A stretch of DNA of 63,626 bases, filler included, from Pelomyxa schiedti (GCA_020536535.1; 8 parts of 8 records of this genome joined end to end with filler, not necessarily neighbours in it); one strand, 5' to 3'. Counted from the whole stretch's first letter, positions 49,056 through 63,179 are shown. The notes: generated from the sequence alone by a model not told the origin. Translations and numbers: made by a program.

Positions 49056-52000
49056 CTTGTGCCGGCCTTTGTGGTTTTTGGGTTTGCGCCAACAACAATG
49101 CAAACACATGTTGTATGGTCTAGTTTGCCTGGGTACATTGTGTAGTCTGAGGGTAGCTTCTGCTTGGGATTTTCTTCAACAAATTCTCTGTGAATTTTGG
49201 TTATTAACGTGACAGGAAGAGGAGTGGGGAATGGGAGTAAACCTGCTGGACTGTGTTGTGGCTACGCAGTGCTCCAACAGGGAGTTAACAATCATTTCCG
49301 GATTGGCTCCGTGCTCATCGATGATGGTGCGGATTTTCGCGGTCAGACCATTTATCCTATTCTGGTAAGTTCGCGTACAAAGGGGATTAGGTGTTCACAT
49401 GAATGAGTGAGCAATGCCCATTGTGAGCTCGGATTTGGCTTTGCATGCAGCTTCCCACGTTGGAAAGTCCGCTAAAGCTGGGTCAACATCTTTGGGCCTT
49501 ATACCGAGCAAGGAAGGCTCGAAGTTGTCATGGACGCCGTCACTATGGGTTTTTTGTTAGCGTCGGAATTACTTTTGTGGCTCCCTACCTCATGAGAAGA
49601 AGTAAATCTCCTGTGAATACTTCGGCATGTGTAACACGGAAGTTTCTCATATCTGGTTTCAGGAAATCCCTGTATGGGCCTAGACGACCTCCTGGGTCTG
49701 TACTATCCAAATTGTAGCGTGCTGAACCCCCAATGTCGACTAGTTCATTTTCACGTGATCGCCAACAGAAAATCTAAACATTCGGTTAGTTCCGTTATGT
49801 ACTCCAGCTTCACAAACCTTACAATCTCCAAGTGAGAGGTTGATTGAACACCATTTAGATTTGCCCTTGCCGCCCGATTCGGTGGTTTTTGGGAAAGGAA
49901 GAAGAACGCCACCCAGGAAAGTGGTAGTTCCGGCAGTTTCTCTATTACAAGTTACTAGAGGAGAGGAAGATTGGAGAGCAAACCCAATCTGCATTCCCTC
50001 TGATATGGAGCGGTTTCCACAAATTAGACCCCTTGCCATCATAAATCCTGCATCTTTTGTTGTTTTTATATAACTAAAAAGTGTCAGTACTAGGGTCTCC
50101 AACCCATATTTTTACCTTATGTCATCTGAAACCATTCGAATAAATGTATTTGTAACTTTGATTGCTGCCTCTCGTGGTGCATTTCCCCAATTACCTGCCT
50201 CAAAATTGAGTTTCCACAACAGGTAACTAAAACTTACAGCCGTCAGCAATGCAATAAGCAAGCCGATCATGAAATGCAGCAATATGGTATCGGTCACATA
50301 TCGGACTGCCAAGCTGGAGGGAGGTGAAATTTGTTTTTGAATGAAAATGGCACACATGAACTTTCGTTTTCCTATCAATGGGGTATGTGGTTATACCCCT
50401 GCCATAGATGCCATACATGGGAATAGACTTTCCGGAATCCGATTCATCATCAGGGCCGGAAATAGAAGCAACAACTTGTTGCCTATATCCGAATTCCACT
50501 AGTTCCTATGTAATGCAGTAAGTTTTTCTGACCTGTTATTAGGGGGGAATGTACAGGAGGGATTTTTTCCAGTTGTTCGCATAGAGGATATTTTGGAGAG
50601 GGGTTTGCAAAGACATTAATTCTAAAAATTTGAGATTTCGATATGGCAGTCTGTGTACCTCAAGGTAAGGGTGCAGGGTGCTGGAAGCTTGGTTTTGAGA
50701 CTCTTCAAATGCACGACTCTTAAGCCAGGTCTTATACAGTTGACGGGAAGAGTGTAATAAGCAAGTTGCCGACTTCCCAAATCCATAACCCTTTGAGGTA
50801 TAGAATAATTAAAGCAGCCAGGGAGCTTGGCTTTATAGTGTACCGTATAAATAGCAAAGCATGCGAACTGGCGGCAATGTGGAACTCAAATGGTGCACAT
50901 TTCCCTATCCAATCAGGATTAAACCCATTTGTATCTAAAGAAGGTTAGACAGGATGGGCATGGAAGGAACAGTCTACGAATTGGCTTTGTTTTGTGGCAG
51001 GCATAATCCTCAGAATTCCCACAGACCTCGATTTGCACATAAGGATCGACTGTTCGAGACTCACTCTCCAGTTTTGGAAGTACCCGTGCACTCAATACCT
51101 GATGTGAGGTTAGGTGAAGGGAATAAGGCCGCAATGTGAAAAGCACTTGTATGCTCAATTTATGAACTGTGTTGATTTCCTCTGGGCTTGTGTAGGTTAC
51201 ACAGTCCTCAAATGAAACGGGGTCAGCTGTCATGAACCACTGTTTTCTCAAGTAGCCACAAGATCCATTTTGCATGAATTTCCCTTATTTCTTGGATTAG
51301 ATTCAGCATATTTGTAATATGTATTACCTTCTGCAAGTGGTGCTGAGATCTCGTCATCTGGATCAACGGAAGTTATCTGAACTCCTGCAGCCCATGCAGC
51401 AGTTGGATCAAAACCATGGGTTTTCTTTTGGGCATGAACCTGTGTCATGAATTTTCTTGTATGCCTGGGAAGGGTCAAAAGGAGACATTTTAGGAGTATT
51501 TTTTCCGTACTCTACAAATCTAACAGCATCATAACTTGAGAAGTCTTTCTCGCCAATGCACAACACATCCCAGGGTCTCACTCTGTCTTTTTTGTTTAGT
51601 TGTCAGAGAAGGAAAAACCTAATAATGAAATTACACACTGAGATCACTTGGAAAGGTTTCAGGAGTAAATGTGTGTAAGAAGAAGTGTTTCCCGATTGCA
51701 TCCACAACCTGATCGACTTTTCCCTGCGACATTTAAGCCAAGGCAACAGATTTTCAAAATACCATCAGAAGGACTTGCCCTCGCAACGTAGTGGGGGAGG
51801 GTAAAAACTTCAAATCTGGTTTCTCCATACAAAGAGGTTTTGCAATAATATCCTCAAGGATAGACGAAATTGCTTGAGCAAGAATCGACTGGGGAAGTCA
51901 CTGATAGAATTTAAAAAATGCTAATGAATACCTGTGATGCGGGAGAGCCATGAACATGCAAGTGCAATATGAGCGGAAACCTTTTATTTGATTAGGTTTA

Positions 52001-54367
52001 GGTGGTGTACTTTTGCCTTACATGTTTATAGTAAAGGCGTATTCTTTCACCAACTTGAGAACCTCCTTAAAGTCATCTTCTTTGCCTTCATAGCAGGAAA
52101 CTTGGGGTTGATGTTAATATGTTGTGGTGCTATTTGCTATTTGATCTCCACTGTAGTTACCTTCTAGATACCTGCCAGCACCCCTTTTTAGAAAACGGAA
52201 AGTTTCTTCCATAGATGTCAGTGGTCGGCAACCACGAATGTAATAGAAGCTGAGAGGGGCAGTCATATCCTATAAGTATTTTAACCATTGTCAATGAGGT
52301 ATTATAGGAAAACCTGATGGATCATCCCCATATCTGGGCGGAAGATGGAATTATGTTTGGATAAAAGGTATCCCTCAAACTCGTGCAAAAAAAGCTCAGT
52401 TGGAACGACTCGTGAGCCAAGGTCAGCTTGGTTATCACCAAATCTCCTCATAACAGCCTCAGCATCCTCTTCATTGAACTCCATATCCTACAGTATATGA
52501 ACTACTACAATATGAATGAAATAGAGAACTTGCTGAATTTGCTGGTGAAAAGAAATCAGATCGGAAGTGGTAAGTGTGCTTCCTCCTGTGGATGAAAATT
52601 GGCCAAAAATCTCTGCAATTTCTTTTCTGCGTAACAAAGCATAGACTAGAACACGGAAATTTCCGAAGTTGAGAAATCCGGGCTTGCTTACTGCAAGTTC
52701 CTATCGTTTTGTTAAAAGGCAACATACTCATTTGTGCGGGAATATACAGCAAATCTAGACTTCAAACTGGACTTGGACGGCTTGAAGTTACTAAAAATAA
52801 TTAAGACACAAAAGGGTAAAAATCCAGGTAAAGGGAAACACACAGCTTCAACAGTAGTTGATTCGTTTGCTCGAAGTTGATCCAAGTTAAGTTCTCACTT
52901 CTCCATGCACTGTCAACAAAGCGCACCATAGGAGTTGCACCGGATTCAACAAGATGCTCCAAGGCTGCAACCCATATTACTCGCTTTTCTTTACTGTCAG
53001 CCACCAAGTCGAATTGAATACTAGGCTGGCGTTGTAACAGCGAGAAAATTTTCATAAAGATTGCACTCACTTCTTGCATATGATGCTGAAACTGCAGTCA
53101 AGCTTATCCTGAAGTCGGCACTTGGCAAAGGATGAGTGGTATTGACCTTGAAGTAGTTCATGTATATGATCAAGAAGAACCAGCTTAGGATCTGTAGGGT
53201 CAAGTGATTTTTGGGGAAGATGAAATAGGAGAAGTTTAGGGTAATTACGTACAGCCTGAAACAACAGTGAAACGCATGCGATCCCGTTCAATAGTTACTG
53301 GGGCAACAACGAGATAATGTTTGTCATGACTAAGTTTGACATTTACTTTGAGAGGGCCTTTATTTTTGCACAGAATGAAAACGTCTCCTGAAGTCTAATT
53401 GCAAAAGGAACGAACCAAATTAAATGTAAAACCCAATGTATGGAGCCAACCTGCATATCAGAGATAGTGTTCTTAACGTTGGAATCTGCAGGGCTGTATC
53501 GATTGCTGTTCCGCATCATTTCTCGCATTGAAGCAGCACTAGGCTACAAAGTGTTACACAAGCAAGAAGTCTACAGGGGCATACCTGGTCCAGAAATTCT
53601 TGGTAAGCCTCATCGTCACTGTGTGCAGCAGCAGAGGTAAGTACAGGTGAAACTGGGGCCGATGTTGCCCCATTTCTCAGAGGGGATACCGGGCGTGGCA
53701 TCTGTGGTGTATGCATTGGATACACAGGACTAGGTGTTCCTGAGTGTGAAGTGGTTGTAGTTGAAGTTGTGCTCGTGGTATGACTAGCAGAGTGCTTGCG
53801 GGAGTGGGAAGGACTAGAAAGAGGGCTCGGAGATGGGGAAGTCGAATTGGACCGTGAGCCATGGCGGTGGTGATGCCCGTGGTGCCGTGATGCACTTTCA
53901 GCTAAACCAGCAGAAACCGAAATCGAGTGAGTAAGGATCACAGGGCTTGCCGCCGATGATACAACTGCTGCTGCTGCTGTTGCAGCGGCCGCGATGGAGG
54001 AAGAAGAAGTTGAAGTTGAAAGAGGAGGCCTCTCAGGGGTTGATGACCTCGAGTGGTGGTGGCGGTGGTGATGCTTTTGTGAAGGCGACGGCGATGTTGA
54101 CGCCGATGAGGGAGTGAATGACCTGTCCCTGGAATGTTGCTGTTGCTGCTCCTCAACGCGTTCGGTGTTGGTAGGTTGTTCTTCTTCGTCTTCCGGCGTG
54201 TTTTTGTGGTGGTGATGGTGGCCGTGGGCGCGTTGTGATTTTTCAATTGCTGCACTATCGCCCTGTTCTTATATATTGGCATTTCTTGTACATTTTTTTT
54301 TCTGTTTTGTTTCTGTACATGTATGTAGGAATATAAAAAAAGTGCAAACCACCTCTCGGGATGTCAT
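49056..54367 (-). CDS. PI-PLC-like protein (PH, EF, degenerate X/Y, C2) fused to a PPM/PP2C-family phosphatase domain; both ends approximate
   Basis: PH end FDLVADS...WVAALEHL. FEGYLLSKHNSIF..DMTAPLSFYYI. FDPTAAWAAGVQ, NGSCGYLRK. C2 DPYVQIEVCG, NGFNPDW, CIRPGLRVVHL. Then IADGCNWG, GTTTFLGG, LGDCK, DPGGRLGP, SDGVHDNF, GKLDHTTCV. Confidence 0.8.
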
Positions 54368-54864
54368 GAGTAAAAAAACAAGCCGAAAGTACTATAGTAT
54401 TGTACAATACTATATATTGGCAACAGCAAAATCAGTGTTTCGGGTATGTGTTTGTTTGTTTCACGCTCCCTCGTGTACCCACCAACCAAGTTTTTTCTTG
54501 GAGACAGCGAAATCGCCGAATTTCTGCGAGATTGAACTTTTGTTCAATCTCAGAGAATATCTACAATTGATCCGCTTTCAGTTGTGTGGTTGTGTTCTAC
54601 TCACTGCCCACTCCCAGTCTCGGTGCTGATGCGAAAATCCGCACTCTTGCCTGTGTGTTTTGTGGGAAGGGAAGGTGAAGCCACCCGCATGGAGGAACCG
54701 GTGGCTTTTGCCATTGTGACTTTCGATGCTTTGGTTAGCCCGCAAACTCACACCAAACCGGGAAAGCCTGAGAAGAACATCTTCACCATAAAGTTGGCAA
54801 GTAAAAATTTTTTTTTGAATTGTTAGAATAAATAGAGTATTCTACAAACAAAAAGGGCTTCTGG

Positions 54865-57800
54865 TTACCAGCCCTCAGATTTGTCCAGTTTGAACAGCAA
54901 GCTGAAGTATCCCTTGTCCAGTTTCCTGGGCGTGGGGAACGTGAATCCCAAGTCATCACTCATGAACAGTTCCTTGATTGCCTTGCCAGGACCCCGGCGC
55001 CAGCACATGTAATGCTCCACAATGAACACATGCCCATTGGGCTTGCATATCCTCTTGGCCTCAGCCGCAATTGCCCTCAGTGAGTTACCCCAGCCGATTG
55101 ACAGGACGAACACAACCACGTCAAAGTGGCTGTCAGGAGCTCCTGTGTGAATGAAGTTGCACTTGTGAATCGGAAATAAGTCTTCTGTGGCATCCTCATG
55201 GTCAATGTTGGTTACCTTGGTTGGTGCCATGTTAGTCAACTTGCTCTTTGTTGATTTACTTATTCACTGGGTTTGGGGAATTATTATTTTGTGGAGTGGA
55301 ACGATAATACCTTGACTCGGGGATGATCAAGCATGATTTTAGCAAGCGGACAACTTCCGCAGCCCATGTCAGCAACTCGTATTTCTTTTTCTTCATGTAA
55401 TTCGTTGTTCATTAGGTGGAGGATGTAATTTGCTGCTCTTCTCACTGGAACTGATGCGGGTTCCATTGACCGGAACCTCTCATCCTGGAGTGCAATGAAC
55501 CGGTGCCACTTTTGCCTTGTCACGGGGTCACTCTGAATGAGGTCATGCAACTTTTGCGGATTTTCCCTTTTCAGAAGGTGAAGGAGAGTGTAAAAATTAT
55601 CCTGGGAATTGAGAGCCGGCAACTGGAAGCGGTGAATGAGGAGCTCAATGAAGTGCAAATACATCCCAGTTTTGCCAATTTGTGGCTCCGCGGAAATCAC
55701 GAACCGGTTCTTGATTCTTTGTTGTAGGTCATCTTTAACTTCGTCCTTCAAATATCTCCAAGCGGAAACTTTAGTAGGATTCCAAATGACTTCAGGATGG
55801 AAAAAAACGGCAAGTGATTCCACTTGGCTTTCCTCATCCTGATGTGCGGTGTTGTTAGAAATATATATGTTGAATGGCTAAGTGCATTTACCTCCTCTTC
55901 TTCTTCATCAGGAGTTTCTGATGATTTCTCAAGGCTTGAATCAAGTGTTGTCTTCCCTCTTGCCGATGAAAGTGCTTCAATTGGATTCTTTGCAAATTGA
56001 AAGGCCCGTGAGTTCAGGAGAACACGGGGGCAGCTTTCAGGTGAAAGTGCCCACTTGAACGCACGCCCAATGTCTTGAACAAACGAAGAATACGTGAAAT
56101 AATTTGTTCTGCTGGGAGTATACCGTGCACGCAGATCAAAGAGCTGGAATTTCTCCGGCATTGTGTCACCCATCCTCGCCTTGATTGAACATGAGAAGAG
56201 TCCAAGTAATTTAACAGTTACCTTTTCAACGAGAATGAGCAAGCAGGGACCCCTCAAACTCTGATATCCAGTGAATGGGGGAAGAATCTGAAACCATTCT
56301 TGCGAAACTGATGTCTTGCTTTCACCATCTGAATCAACAGCATCCTGAATGCAAAAGAATTCTGTCACTCCCAATGCTGAAAGCAAATGGGACATCAAAT
56401 TGCCGAAGAACTTCGCAAAACCAGAAGGCAACCGAACTGCCACAATCCCTCCACTGAGCAGTGTATCAACAGCTTGGCTTGTCTCGGTAACTCCAAGCTG
56501 AGTCCAACTGGGAAGTTCTGATTGAGGGGAAGCCATATGCTTCCTCAGGTGAAGCCTGATGAAAGCAGCAGCGTAACTCATGAGGCTTGCAACAGTGTAT
56601 CTATCTTTTAAATGCAGAAGTTTTTTTTGTAAACCGGGATCAAGATGCAGAGAGTTGATAAAGTCCGTCATGTGGGCGTCAAGGTCATCATTGGCAATAA
56701 TATGAGGCGGATTTTCGGCAATGAGCCTCTCTCTTCCATAATATTTTGCTTGGTGGTCAATTGTTGTTTCCCATGCATGAATGTGAGATTTTAGTTCCTG
56801 TATCTGCAACTCACCATCTCCCTGCAGAGAGTGGCGAAGCAAGTCTATTTGATTCCATGCAGTTGCTGAAACTTGGATGGTCAAAAAGTTTGACCCCGGG
56901 TGCGTTAGTGTATCTTTGAGTATTTCTCCAATCTGTGAAAACTTCACTTGTTTCTCGCCGTTGGATTCATTTTCCACCTCCCGCATCTTGACACCCCAAT
57001 GGCACTCATCATGGATCATGAGGAAGAAGTAATTCGGATCATCCTTGAATTCCGTTGCATTGGCAAAGAAATCTTCTGATGCTTTCTTGCTTTCTGAGTA
57101 GTTGTTGCCCTTGATGACGTGTATCGTGACATTTGGTTGGATGCCACTATTTGTTCTTTTCAGATGTTCTTCAAACTGAGAAACTCTCTCGCGTGTCTGG
57201 TTGAAAAGAGTGTTTCGAGGTGGAACAAGGATCAACACCTCCAGGCACTGGCATTTCTCTGGCAAGGTAAAGCTTAACAGGATTTTTTCCAGGAATCTCA
57301 CTGCTTCTGTTTTCTGCGAATCGTGAAGAGAAGATTCGTAGAGAGTAACTTCAGGCGCCATCGTGGAGGTGGATGTAGAAGCGGAAGCGGAAGTGGAAGT
57401 GGAAGTGGAAGTGGAAGTGGAAGTGGAAGTGGAAGTGGAAGTGGAAGTGGAAACGGAAGTGGAAGTGGAAGTGAGGGCGCGAGTTCTGTCACTCCCTCTC
57501 AGATTCGTCATTGTAACCTCAGGAATGACTAATCCAAAACAGCTCAGTGCTTCCTCAAAGGCACGGAAAATATGTTGCCGAATGTCTGCCATGTCTTCTG
57601 AAGTAAGCCTACCCTGTTTCGGTGTTAAAAGGAAAAAAGGAAAGAACAAAAGAATACAGACCACTGTGTGCTTGTCCCTCCAATGAATGGCATAGGCCTT
57701 CTGTGTTGGAAATTTTTTCCCACACTCCTTACATTTCCAGAAAGCAGTTGCCTCTCCTCTGTGTTCCTCTGAATTGTGACCCTTAAAAAGCCTGTTCTCA

Positions 57801-59900
57801 TTGAACTCTTTATTACATATGTTGCATTCAATAAGTGGTTTTCTTCTTGCCCTTTTTGCAGCGGACGAGGAAGCAACCTGAAATGGGGAATTTACGTCAT
57901 AGAAAGAGAGTTGAAGCGGAGAGGTGAATACCTGTGAAGTTTCATTCTGTTGTGGTTGTTCTGCTGGTCTTGTGCGTGGAGGAGTCGGCGGCCGTTTTTT
58001 CAAGTCCCTGCTTGTGGGTGTGGTTGAATGTTTAGGCACAGGAGGTGATCCTACTGGATCGCAGCTTTCAGCAGGTCGTTTGTGGCCGGTAAGAGTAGTA
58101 CAAGTACTGGTAGTAGGCGATGTTGTGATTACGTTTGTGTTGGAATGCGAAAAAGGCAGTGCAGCGGAATAATGGGTGCAACTTAAAAACGGTCGCTTTG
58201 GTTGTTCGGAGGGTTCCTTCTGTGTACTTGCGGAATTAGGTATCACTGTGAGTGATTGCCCTGTTGAACTGAGAGCTGTTGATTGCACAGAACATGGTGA
58301 TGAGGTAGAAGGGGTTGGTTGTTGTCTCGGTGGACTGAGAGGTCTGGGTGTGGGTGCAACATTCGACATGTGGCATTGACTTATGTGGTGTCCCAGCTGG
58401 GCACATAAACGTAAGTAGGTGTTAAAAACAAAAGACTTATTGCAAGAGTAATAAAATTATCCCAATTCAGCACAAAACATACAGAAACAGGATTAGAACG
58501 AAGTCCGGCACATTCGGTACATCCGGGGAACGGTGTCACACCAGCGGACCCTCTCCCATTATCGATTCCTCCACTGCCCGTCACCCCGTTCATTTAAATT
58601 TCTTTTCTAGCACCCAGGTACCTATCGACCAACAGGCCAGAGTTTGCCAAACTTTTAATACAAGTTGCGTAAAAAGCGATTTCGAAGAAGTGATGAGTGG
58701 TGCCTTTATTGTCAATCTTATGTTGGCCTGTGATAATTTCTTATTTATTAATGGCTACTGTGGTATGCTGGTAAACAAAATAAATATTTATTTTGTTTTT
58801 TTTTTTTTTGCCAAAACCAGTTTCTTATTGTTTTATACACCTAACACTAACAATAAATACAGTATCCACGTCCAGACAAAAATTGGGTGTGTTCGTCTCA
58901 CAGACCTTCTTCCTGAGAATTGGTTATTGCAATGAAGCGAGGGGGGCGAACTTACAGAAGAATTAACCGCAGTAAGGCTGTTAGCATTATAGCCGGGGTA
59001 TCCTATAGTAGTAGTAATCACTAGGTTTGCACTTGGATTCATTGGCGTGGAATAGTTAGCGGTGGTTCCTTGTTCACCTTGGGAGGGAATAGTAGCATCA
59101 AGGGGAATAGGTGTGACAGATGGCGACGGCCGTCCAGTTGTGTTGCCACTGACAAGGCGTTCCGGTACTCCGTCAGTTCTATATTTCTTGATCATACTGG
59201 GTGTAACAAAGTGCCAAACAGCTGTATGTGGGGAAGTGGAGGAAGGATTCATAGAACCCTCTGAAGCCTGGGACTCTTCTGAAGGCGGCCCGCGCTCTGC
59301 AGATGATCAATAAGAAATAAAGGGCAACAAAACTTGTACTGCGGGAATTTCCTTTGCGGAGAATAAAAGGATTCGACTTAACACCAAAGAGGTTGGTAAA
59401 ATGTATGACATAATAGAGGAGAGGAGTGTAAAATGGATCTCTGTGATAACATCAGGGATTGCATTTATTTTGGAGAGGTTTACATTAATGAAGAGCCATT
59501 ATATGTGCATCCGCTACAGGTAAAACGAAGAATATCATAATCATCAGGAGAGAATCCCTTGGCCCAAGTACCAATTGTAAAAAGTGATCCACACTGTGTC
59601 ATCTGCTCTGTTCAAATTGAGGAAAACTACTACAAATGCTTACCATGTTGCCGCTTCTCATAGCATGTGGCATGTGCTGCGGCCCTATATATATCCTCCT
59701 CAGAGAGACTCTGATACTTCATCCAAGTATGTGAAACGTCGAGAGTCATCTTGAAAAATAGTTCAAAATTTTTTCCTTGAAATAGCGGGATATCTTACGG
59801 TAAAGGGCTTGGTGGTCTTAACAGTGAATGGGCTGATGGATAGACGAGGAGGGTCTTGAGAGAGTGACGAATCACCCATTATATACACGTTATTTCTGTA
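54865..59900 (-). CDS. C2H2 fingers + GREB1-like circularly permuted SF2 helicase + class I SAM methyltransferase (RRP8-like); 5' exons uncertain
   Basis: Two C2H2 fingers. Helicase motifs ILVPPRNTLFNQT, MIHDECH, VSAT, ILVEK/ARMGDTMP...FDLRARY, QDIGRAF, then Walker A AEPQIGKTG. MTase VADMGCGS...FDVVVFVLSI...PNGHVFIVE. Confidence 0.8.
57380..57473. repeat. (GTGGAA)n hexamer tract encoding a TS dipeptide run
   Basis: Directly visible tandem hexamers within the helicase gene. Confidence 0.92.
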
Positions 59901-60542
59901 ATTATTACTGTCTTCAGCCTTAAAGTAAAAAGTAATCAATGTGAATTTGAATGTGAAGTAGCTGTCAACCTTAACAAAGCGTTGCTGAGGAAGGGGAAAA
60001 TTGCAAGGGTGGGGAACCTCTCCCACAGAGGCCGGGATTTCACAATGTTTACCCTACAAAAGGGATTCAGATGGTTTAGAAGGAATACCTTCTCTCAGAA
60101 GTATGAATGGGAGACATACAGTTGCGCGGCAGTGCGAGTCTTCTGGGAATTGTTTCGCAGTAGATAACACAGGGTTATTGTGCTTGTAGGGTGCTGGGTT
60201 GGTTGCTGTGCTTGCAGGTATTGTGGAAGTGTAGAGATAAGTGGGTGGCTGTTGTGGCTTTTGTTTTTGAAGTGAAATTGGAAGTGAATTTTGGATTGGC
60301 AGCTCGTGGTTGGGTGTTCCTCCCATAATGCGGCCACTGGCCGAATAGGAGACTCCAACCTCGCGCGGGTATGACAGATCCATTGGCGCTTAAACGTCCA
60401 ACCGTAGGCAGTTTGTGTATTATTGTTTTTGTATTATTGTTTTTGTTGTGTTTTGTGTTTTTCGATCGCTTCAAAGTCATTGCTTTTTGGGGTTCCCCGA
60501 AACTTTCCTATCGTAATCCGCTGTAATCCTCATTCTCTCAGC

Positions 60543-61300
60543 TCATTCGGCGACGAAAGTTTTCGGGACATAACGTCTACGCCAACTTGCGGGCGACATC
60601 AAGCTGAACTTTTTCGTTTTATCAAATAACCAAGTTGTCGAATGGAAATTCCCGTAAACCATTCTTAGTCTCAGAACTACAGCCTCCATGGCGGATGTGA
60701 GGTCTTTGGGTTCCCACGACTGGTTATGTGAGTTGGAGAAATGGAATGCACTTCTTGCCGTGTATGAAACACAGAACAACGAGTCCGTCACGCTGTACGC
60801 GCCCAGCACTTGAATGTCACCAGGGCCTGGCAGTATCAGGAGCTGGGAGGCACCTGTTGTGCTCGCTTCCACACAGAATACTACAGACTTCTTCTGATCC
60901 ATTGAGATCACAGCAAAGAATTGTGAGGATGATGACCACCATTCCGCAGAACTACCAGATGATGAAAGAGGAGAGGTGCAGGAGCAGAACAAGTGGTTGT
61001 GCTCAAAACAACTAGCTTCCTGTTGTTGTAGGTCTGTTCCATATCAACCACCAAGATAGCTGTTCCACTCTCAGAATATTCCGTGACTACCACTTCCATG
61101 TCCACCGACCGGTTCATGCACAGTTTCACCCCAAACGTCTTGTTTGACACCAAACCCACTGCCACAGGCATTGCCACAATCAAAGCAACAGCTTCACCAT
61201 CAGCTGTTGATTGAAAACACAACATCGGAAAACTCGAAATAGGTGTGCCGTGCCGGTGGGTCCACGTCGTCGATGTACACAGAGTTCACTTCACCTTGCA
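60543..61300 (-). pseudogene. Frameshifted paralog of the 33913-34741 family
   Basis: The homologous segment is split between two overlapping frames (60908-61225 and 60543-60992). Confidence 0.55.
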
Positions 61301-62062
61301 CTTCCATCATCAGTCATTGTGGATTATCGGAAAAAAACTCTGATGCTGGTGAAGAATCAACAAGGAAACTGTCTTGTAGTAGAAAAGGGGAACTTTTTGT
61401 TGTGGTAATTGGCTGAATAAAAAGAACACCAGACCGCCGATCCTGAGCGTTCCGGTCTGTTGATTATTTTATTCAGCCAATTTGAGTGTTAGCTCAGAAA
61501 ATACTTTGGGAGAATGTATTGTTGGCCCAGCCAAGGAACTTGAGGATTGGGTTTGGTTGTGTGAAGTCCACGTGGAATGGGTTGTTTCCTGTGATGCACT
61601 CTGACCGCACCTCACTCCGGCGGTAGAAATTCTCCACGGATTTGTGTATGGCTGCCAGAACAAACAAGTTGCCTATGTGGAACTGTGAGAAAGAAAATCG
61701 TGGGAGACAGGATCTTTAACTTGAAATCTTCCCATACTGAACAGTAAACTCCAATGAAGACTGGAATTCACTCATAAATTTGAACAGAGTGACAAAGTTG
61801 TCTTCTTGTATTGACATTATGGAAACAAAAATAGCCGGCCCTGTGTTTGTTTTTGGAGATTAATCTATCTATTAATAATAATAAAAAGTGCGACTAAGAC
61901 AGATTAGAATTAGAATCCTTGATTGAATCAATCGAGTGTGTACATACTGTTACGGAAGATTCGTCCTGGGATACCTGCAATGGTGGATTCCGGAACTGCC
62001 ACTCAGATTAGAGTGCAACAGAGGAAATGCATAGTTAGGTTTGCTTTCGATGTTGAGAGTGT

Positions 62063-63040
62063 TCACACACGCTTTGGAACGAACCGGCTGTCTACAATGT
62101 ATTGCCTGTTTGACATGGTGTTGAGGGAGACCAAGTCCAGTGCGCTGGTGTATTCTCTCTGGACTGGTGCTACTGGTGTTGCGAGGTAACTGTTGGTTTT
62201 TGTGAGCGGGTGCAGATGTGGTGGTGATGCAGCCACAAAAGGTCGCATTAATCTGGGGATTGATAACCGGGGTTGGTGGTGGTTGCTAGGTCTAGAGCAC
62301 AGTGAGATGGGGTTTGATGAGAAAGTACCAATGCCGGGAATCGTGGTCACGAGGTACACTATCTTAGACTTGATGTGTGTTCTGCCAGAATGAAAATAAA
62401 ATTTGGGTACAACAAAAAAAAAAAAATAATATATTATGGAATTATACAAACACCTTTGATGTAATGTCAGGTATGTATTAATAAATACTAGAATTTTCAC
62501 CACCTTGTGGATGAACACTTTGGAGTGAGGTGAAATGCAATCATCTCATTTGAGTGAGAATGAACATCAAAGCTGGTTGCGATATCCGGCAGACTCCACA
62601 GTGACATTTCCACTGGTTCTCCGTTTTTCCCATTGCACTTTGAGCATGTTGCCTCTATCAAGTCATTGAGGAGTGTGAAGTAAAAAGGGAAAGAATACCT
62701 GTGTTCAACCCCCATTTGACCCACGAGCCACCGAGAACGTGGTCTGACAGCTCGGTGTGCGATATTCCCGACGATTGTCTCCACAGCGTGTCCACAATCA
62801 ACCTCATCTAGTATCGCGTACAGTAATATTGTTTGTGGGTTGGTTAGAGTATGTGTGAGTGGACACTTTGGCACACAGCCATGCATGCATTACCATACAC
62901 GCACACACAATGTACCACATCAATCGTACAGTGTATTGATTGTGCATGCACATCACATCCGAGTCAGTCCTAAGGTACACGCTCATCGACGTCGTGAAAC
63001 TCACACTGCTCGTGCCTGTTGTCCTCGTTATCGTGATCAC
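62063..63040 (-). CDS. Multi-exon protein with possible CudA-like DNA-binding domain
   Basis: CSKCNGK...FHLTPKCSSTR/THIKSKIVYLVTTIPGIGTFSSNPISLCSR resembles the amoebozoan CudA core as I recall it (C..C ... CSSSRxH ... S.P..L.SR). Confidence 0.45.
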
Positions 63041-63179
63041 TCAGTACAGAGTCTGACAGATAAAGAGTGGAAGAAGCCCGCCCCTGCCACTGTGGCGATG
63101 TAGTTCTAGAACTCACTGATGGCTTTCTGCGAACTCCTCCTCCTCGATCGAGGGAGATTCAGCGCACGAAAACAAACTG

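Noticed and set aside
12183-57473. Shared TSTSTS...PEVT ending in the caspase-like and helicase genes as a common module
   Set aside because: The repeat units differ at DNA level (GTGCTC versus GTGGAA) and only 11 bp match; likely coincidence.
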